From positions 8,868,001 through 8,932,000 of the forward strand of contig OZ249436.1 in the NCBI GenBank assembly GCA_965235115.1: 64,000 bases of DNA, in the 5' to 3' direction. The position numbers were made by a program, and so were the translations under genes. Origin of the DNA: Laetmonice hystrix. Taxonomy: Eukaryota. Under the pieces are notes generated by a model. That model saw nothing but the letters and a program-made list of their open reading frames with translations. It had not been told where the DNA came from and did not search any database. Positions within the stretch are counted from its first letter, which is position 1; each line of letters begins with the position of its first letter. Shown piece by piece: positions 63,601 to 64,000 of the stretch.

Positions 63601-64000
63601 GTTCACTGAGGTAGTGGAAATGAAAGATATAGGCGAGGGGCATCTAATGTTAAAATTTGGAGAAGATACTCAAATGGGAAGTAGATGTCTCACAACCATT
63701 TATCTATAGCGAACGTACGAGACCTATAGAGGTGACAGTTATACATCTGGCCTAACAATCATAATTTTGGGGTCGTAATTTCAATTTGACGTATCAAAAA
63801 TGAAGCCATTTTTCGCTTATCATTGTCTCTCCCATAACCGCCATACGTGCCTGCCAGCCCGGCCAGGTATAAGGTGGTGATTACATGGGTAGCCGGAAGG
63901 TAGCAGTGCAGTCGATGGGAGGCCGCTTCAGTACTGCACCCTGGTGTTTGCTCGCAACATCTCTGTCATCTGTTTCTATTTGGGGATGGGATATCTGATA
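33601..64000. repeat. Large satellite array: 35 complete monomers of 847-866 bp plus a partial one, continuing past the window end
   Basis: Anchor GTTCA(C/G)TGAGGTAGTGGAAATG recurs at 33601, 34449, 35315 ... 62735, 63601. The 848/866 length classes differ by one 18-bp AGTACAGTGAGGCCGAAC subunit. Confidence 0.98.

Noticed and set aside
33601..64000. CRISPR-like or rDNA/5S/histone array
   Set aside because: There are no unique spacers or cas genes and the context is eukaryotic. No rRNA or histone sequence is recognisable in the monomer.

Overview
Eukaryotic DNA, probably from an invertebrate metazoan, with spliceosomal introns and many MITEs. It has three zones. (1) 1-19.5 kb is genic. It holds the 3' 14 coding exons of CCDC40 (+; first visible intron is GC-AG) and a complete 8-exon thymidine phosphorylase gene TYMP (-, 447 aa). 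A 2-exon ankyrin-repeat/SOCS-box gene (+, 628 aa) is nested antisense in TYMP intron 6. The TYMP exon-4 acceptor has been amplified into a 14-copy 22-bp tandem array. (2) 19.5-33.6 kb has no recognisable host gene. It contains TTAA-flanked and other MITEs, a 9-bp-TSD TAG..CTA (AcademH-type) element, a decayed RecQ-like helicase fragment, and micro- and minisatellites. (3) 33.6-64 kb is a homogeneous tandem array of 35 complete ~848/866-bp monomers plus a partial one, running off the window. It shows a 4-mer higher-order repeat (~3,427 bp) and an 11-mer duplication (9,434 bp). All calls come from manual reading; no searches were run. I found no convincing novel protein-coding system.
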